From assembly GCA_030390025.1 (NCBI GenBank), contig CM059425.1, positions 178,190,001 through 178,254,000 of the forward strand: 64,000 nt of DNA. Reading direction: 5' to 3'. Shown here piece by piece: positions 62,619-64,000 of the stretch. The translations under genes were made by a program, and so were the position numbers. Source of the DNA: Squalus acanthias. Its lineage: Eukaryota. The notes under the pieces are model-generated. The model had not been told where the DNA came from, made no database searches, and was given only the letters and a program-made list of their open reading frames with translations. Numbering within the stretch: position 1 is the stretch's first letter; each line of letters starts with the position of its first letter.

Positions 62619-63643
62619 ATGTCTTCCTTTTTCCTCAACCGAGGATTCCCCTCTACCGTGGTCGACACGGCCCTCGACCGTGTCCGTTCTATCTCCCGCA
62701 CATCTGCCCTCACCCCTGCCCCTCCCTCCCGGAACCACGATAGGGTTCCCCTTGTCCTCACCTTTCACCCCACCAGCCTCCACATTCAACGGATCATCCT
62801 CCGCCATTTCCGCCACCTCCAGCGTGATCCCACCACCAAACACATCTTCCCCTCACCTCCCCTTTCAGCATTCCGCAGGGACCGCTCCCTCCGCGACACC
62901 CTAGTCCACTCCTCTACCACCCCCAGCACCCCTTCCCCTTCGCCCGGCACCTTCCCGTGCACGCGCAGGAGATGCAACACATGCCCTTATACCTCCCCTC
63001 TTCCCACTGTCCAGGGCCCCAAACACCCCTTCCAGGTGAAACAGCGATTTACTTGTACTTCCTGCAATTTAGTATACTGTATTCGCTGCTCACGATGTGG
63101 ACTCCTCTACATTGGGGAGACCAAACGCAGATTGGGTGACCGCTTTGCGGAACACCTCCGTTCAGTCCGTAAGGGGGACCCCGAGCTCCCGGTGGCCTGT
63201 CACTTTAATTCACCGCTTCACTCCCACTCTGACCTCACCGTCCTCGGCCTAATACACTGTTCCACGGAAGCTCAGCGTAAGCTCGAGGAACAGCACCTCA
63301 TCTTTCGTTTAGGCACGCTACAGCCCTCTGGACTCAATATCGAGTTCAACAATTTTAGATCATAACCTCAGCTCCAATCACATTTATATTTTATTTTATC
63401 CACCCTTTTATTTGTCCCCCCCACCTTTTTTTTTTCCTCCTAGAAGCTGGCAGCTGTCCTTCATTCTGCCAGTAGATTTCACACTTCATTCAGCCTTAAT
63501 CTGTCACATTAACACCACCTCTAGCCTTGCATATCTCTTAATGTCTCTTAATGTCTCTTCATCTCCTCCTTTGTTCCTTTATCCCCTCCCCCTTTTCCCA
63601 GCTTTACCCTGGCCTTAAATCTATTTGATTTCCAGCTCTTCCC

Positions 63644-63680
63644 AGTTCTGATGAAAGGTCATCGACCTGAAACGTCAACT
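63644..63680 (+). ncRNA. Minimal type I hammerhead ribozyme, canonical core
   Basis: aguu-CUGAUGA-aaggucaucgaccu-GAAA-cGUC-aacu; predicted cut after 63676. Confidence 0.9.
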
Positions 63681-64000
63681 CTCTTTCTCTCTCCACGGAT
63701 GCTGCCTGGCCTGCTGAGTTTTTCCAGCGTTTTCTGTTGTTATTTCGGATTTCCAGCATCTGCAGTATTTTGCTATCGTTATAATAATGAAATCCTATGT
63801 ATGTGAACTGGATACTGTAATATACACAGATTCCCACGTTTGCTTCTCCTGTCTTCTGAAAGATAGACTGACGAATACTCTGGTGAATTAAGTCCAATTA
63901 TAAACTAACAGGCTGATCTATTGTCTTGAATGGCTGAAAGACCTTCCATTGTCTCAAGATGTAGTGCTGGGCAAGAAGCCTTCACTAACCAGTTTGTCCA

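Larger units (their letters stand above)
57370..63777 (+). mobile_element. Penelope-like element family 2, 5'-truncated, split by a CR1 insertion
   Basis: RT open to 59036 (RYIDD), remainder 62619-63365 (LVYCIRC...LYIGET); TSD gttataataatgaa at 57356-69 and 63778-91. Confidence 0.96.

Overview
Eukaryotic, repeat-saturated vertebrate DNA. The repeat content suggests a cartilaginous fish (inference); no prokaryotic operon or CRISPR array is present. Host content is two small + strand exons (8528-8606, 9601-9765) encoding the C-terminus of an M1 aminopeptidase (aminopeptidase N/Q type), both missed by the ORF track. The rest is largely nested mobile DNA: three CR1 LINEs retaining the ORF1/ORF2 junction (one with an uninterrupted ORF2), a second poly(A)-tailed LINE family with a partner SINE, two Penelope-like families carrying minimal hammerhead ribozymes, a near-complete PIF/Harbinger transposon with many deletion derivatives and MITEs, a solo LTR, a possible ERV remnant and several minisatellites. 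Most notable: (1) an in-phase U_UUA_AAC slippery heptamer at the ORF1 end of all three CR1 copies, ahead of an ORF2 with no AUG for about 250 codons, suggesting -1 ribosomal frameshifting; (2) a 691-aa Penelope-RT/CR1-esterase fusion ORF created by an in-frame nested insertion; (3) four hammerhead motifs plus one degenerate one. All calls are by eye; boundaries without a target-site duplication (TSD) are approximate.
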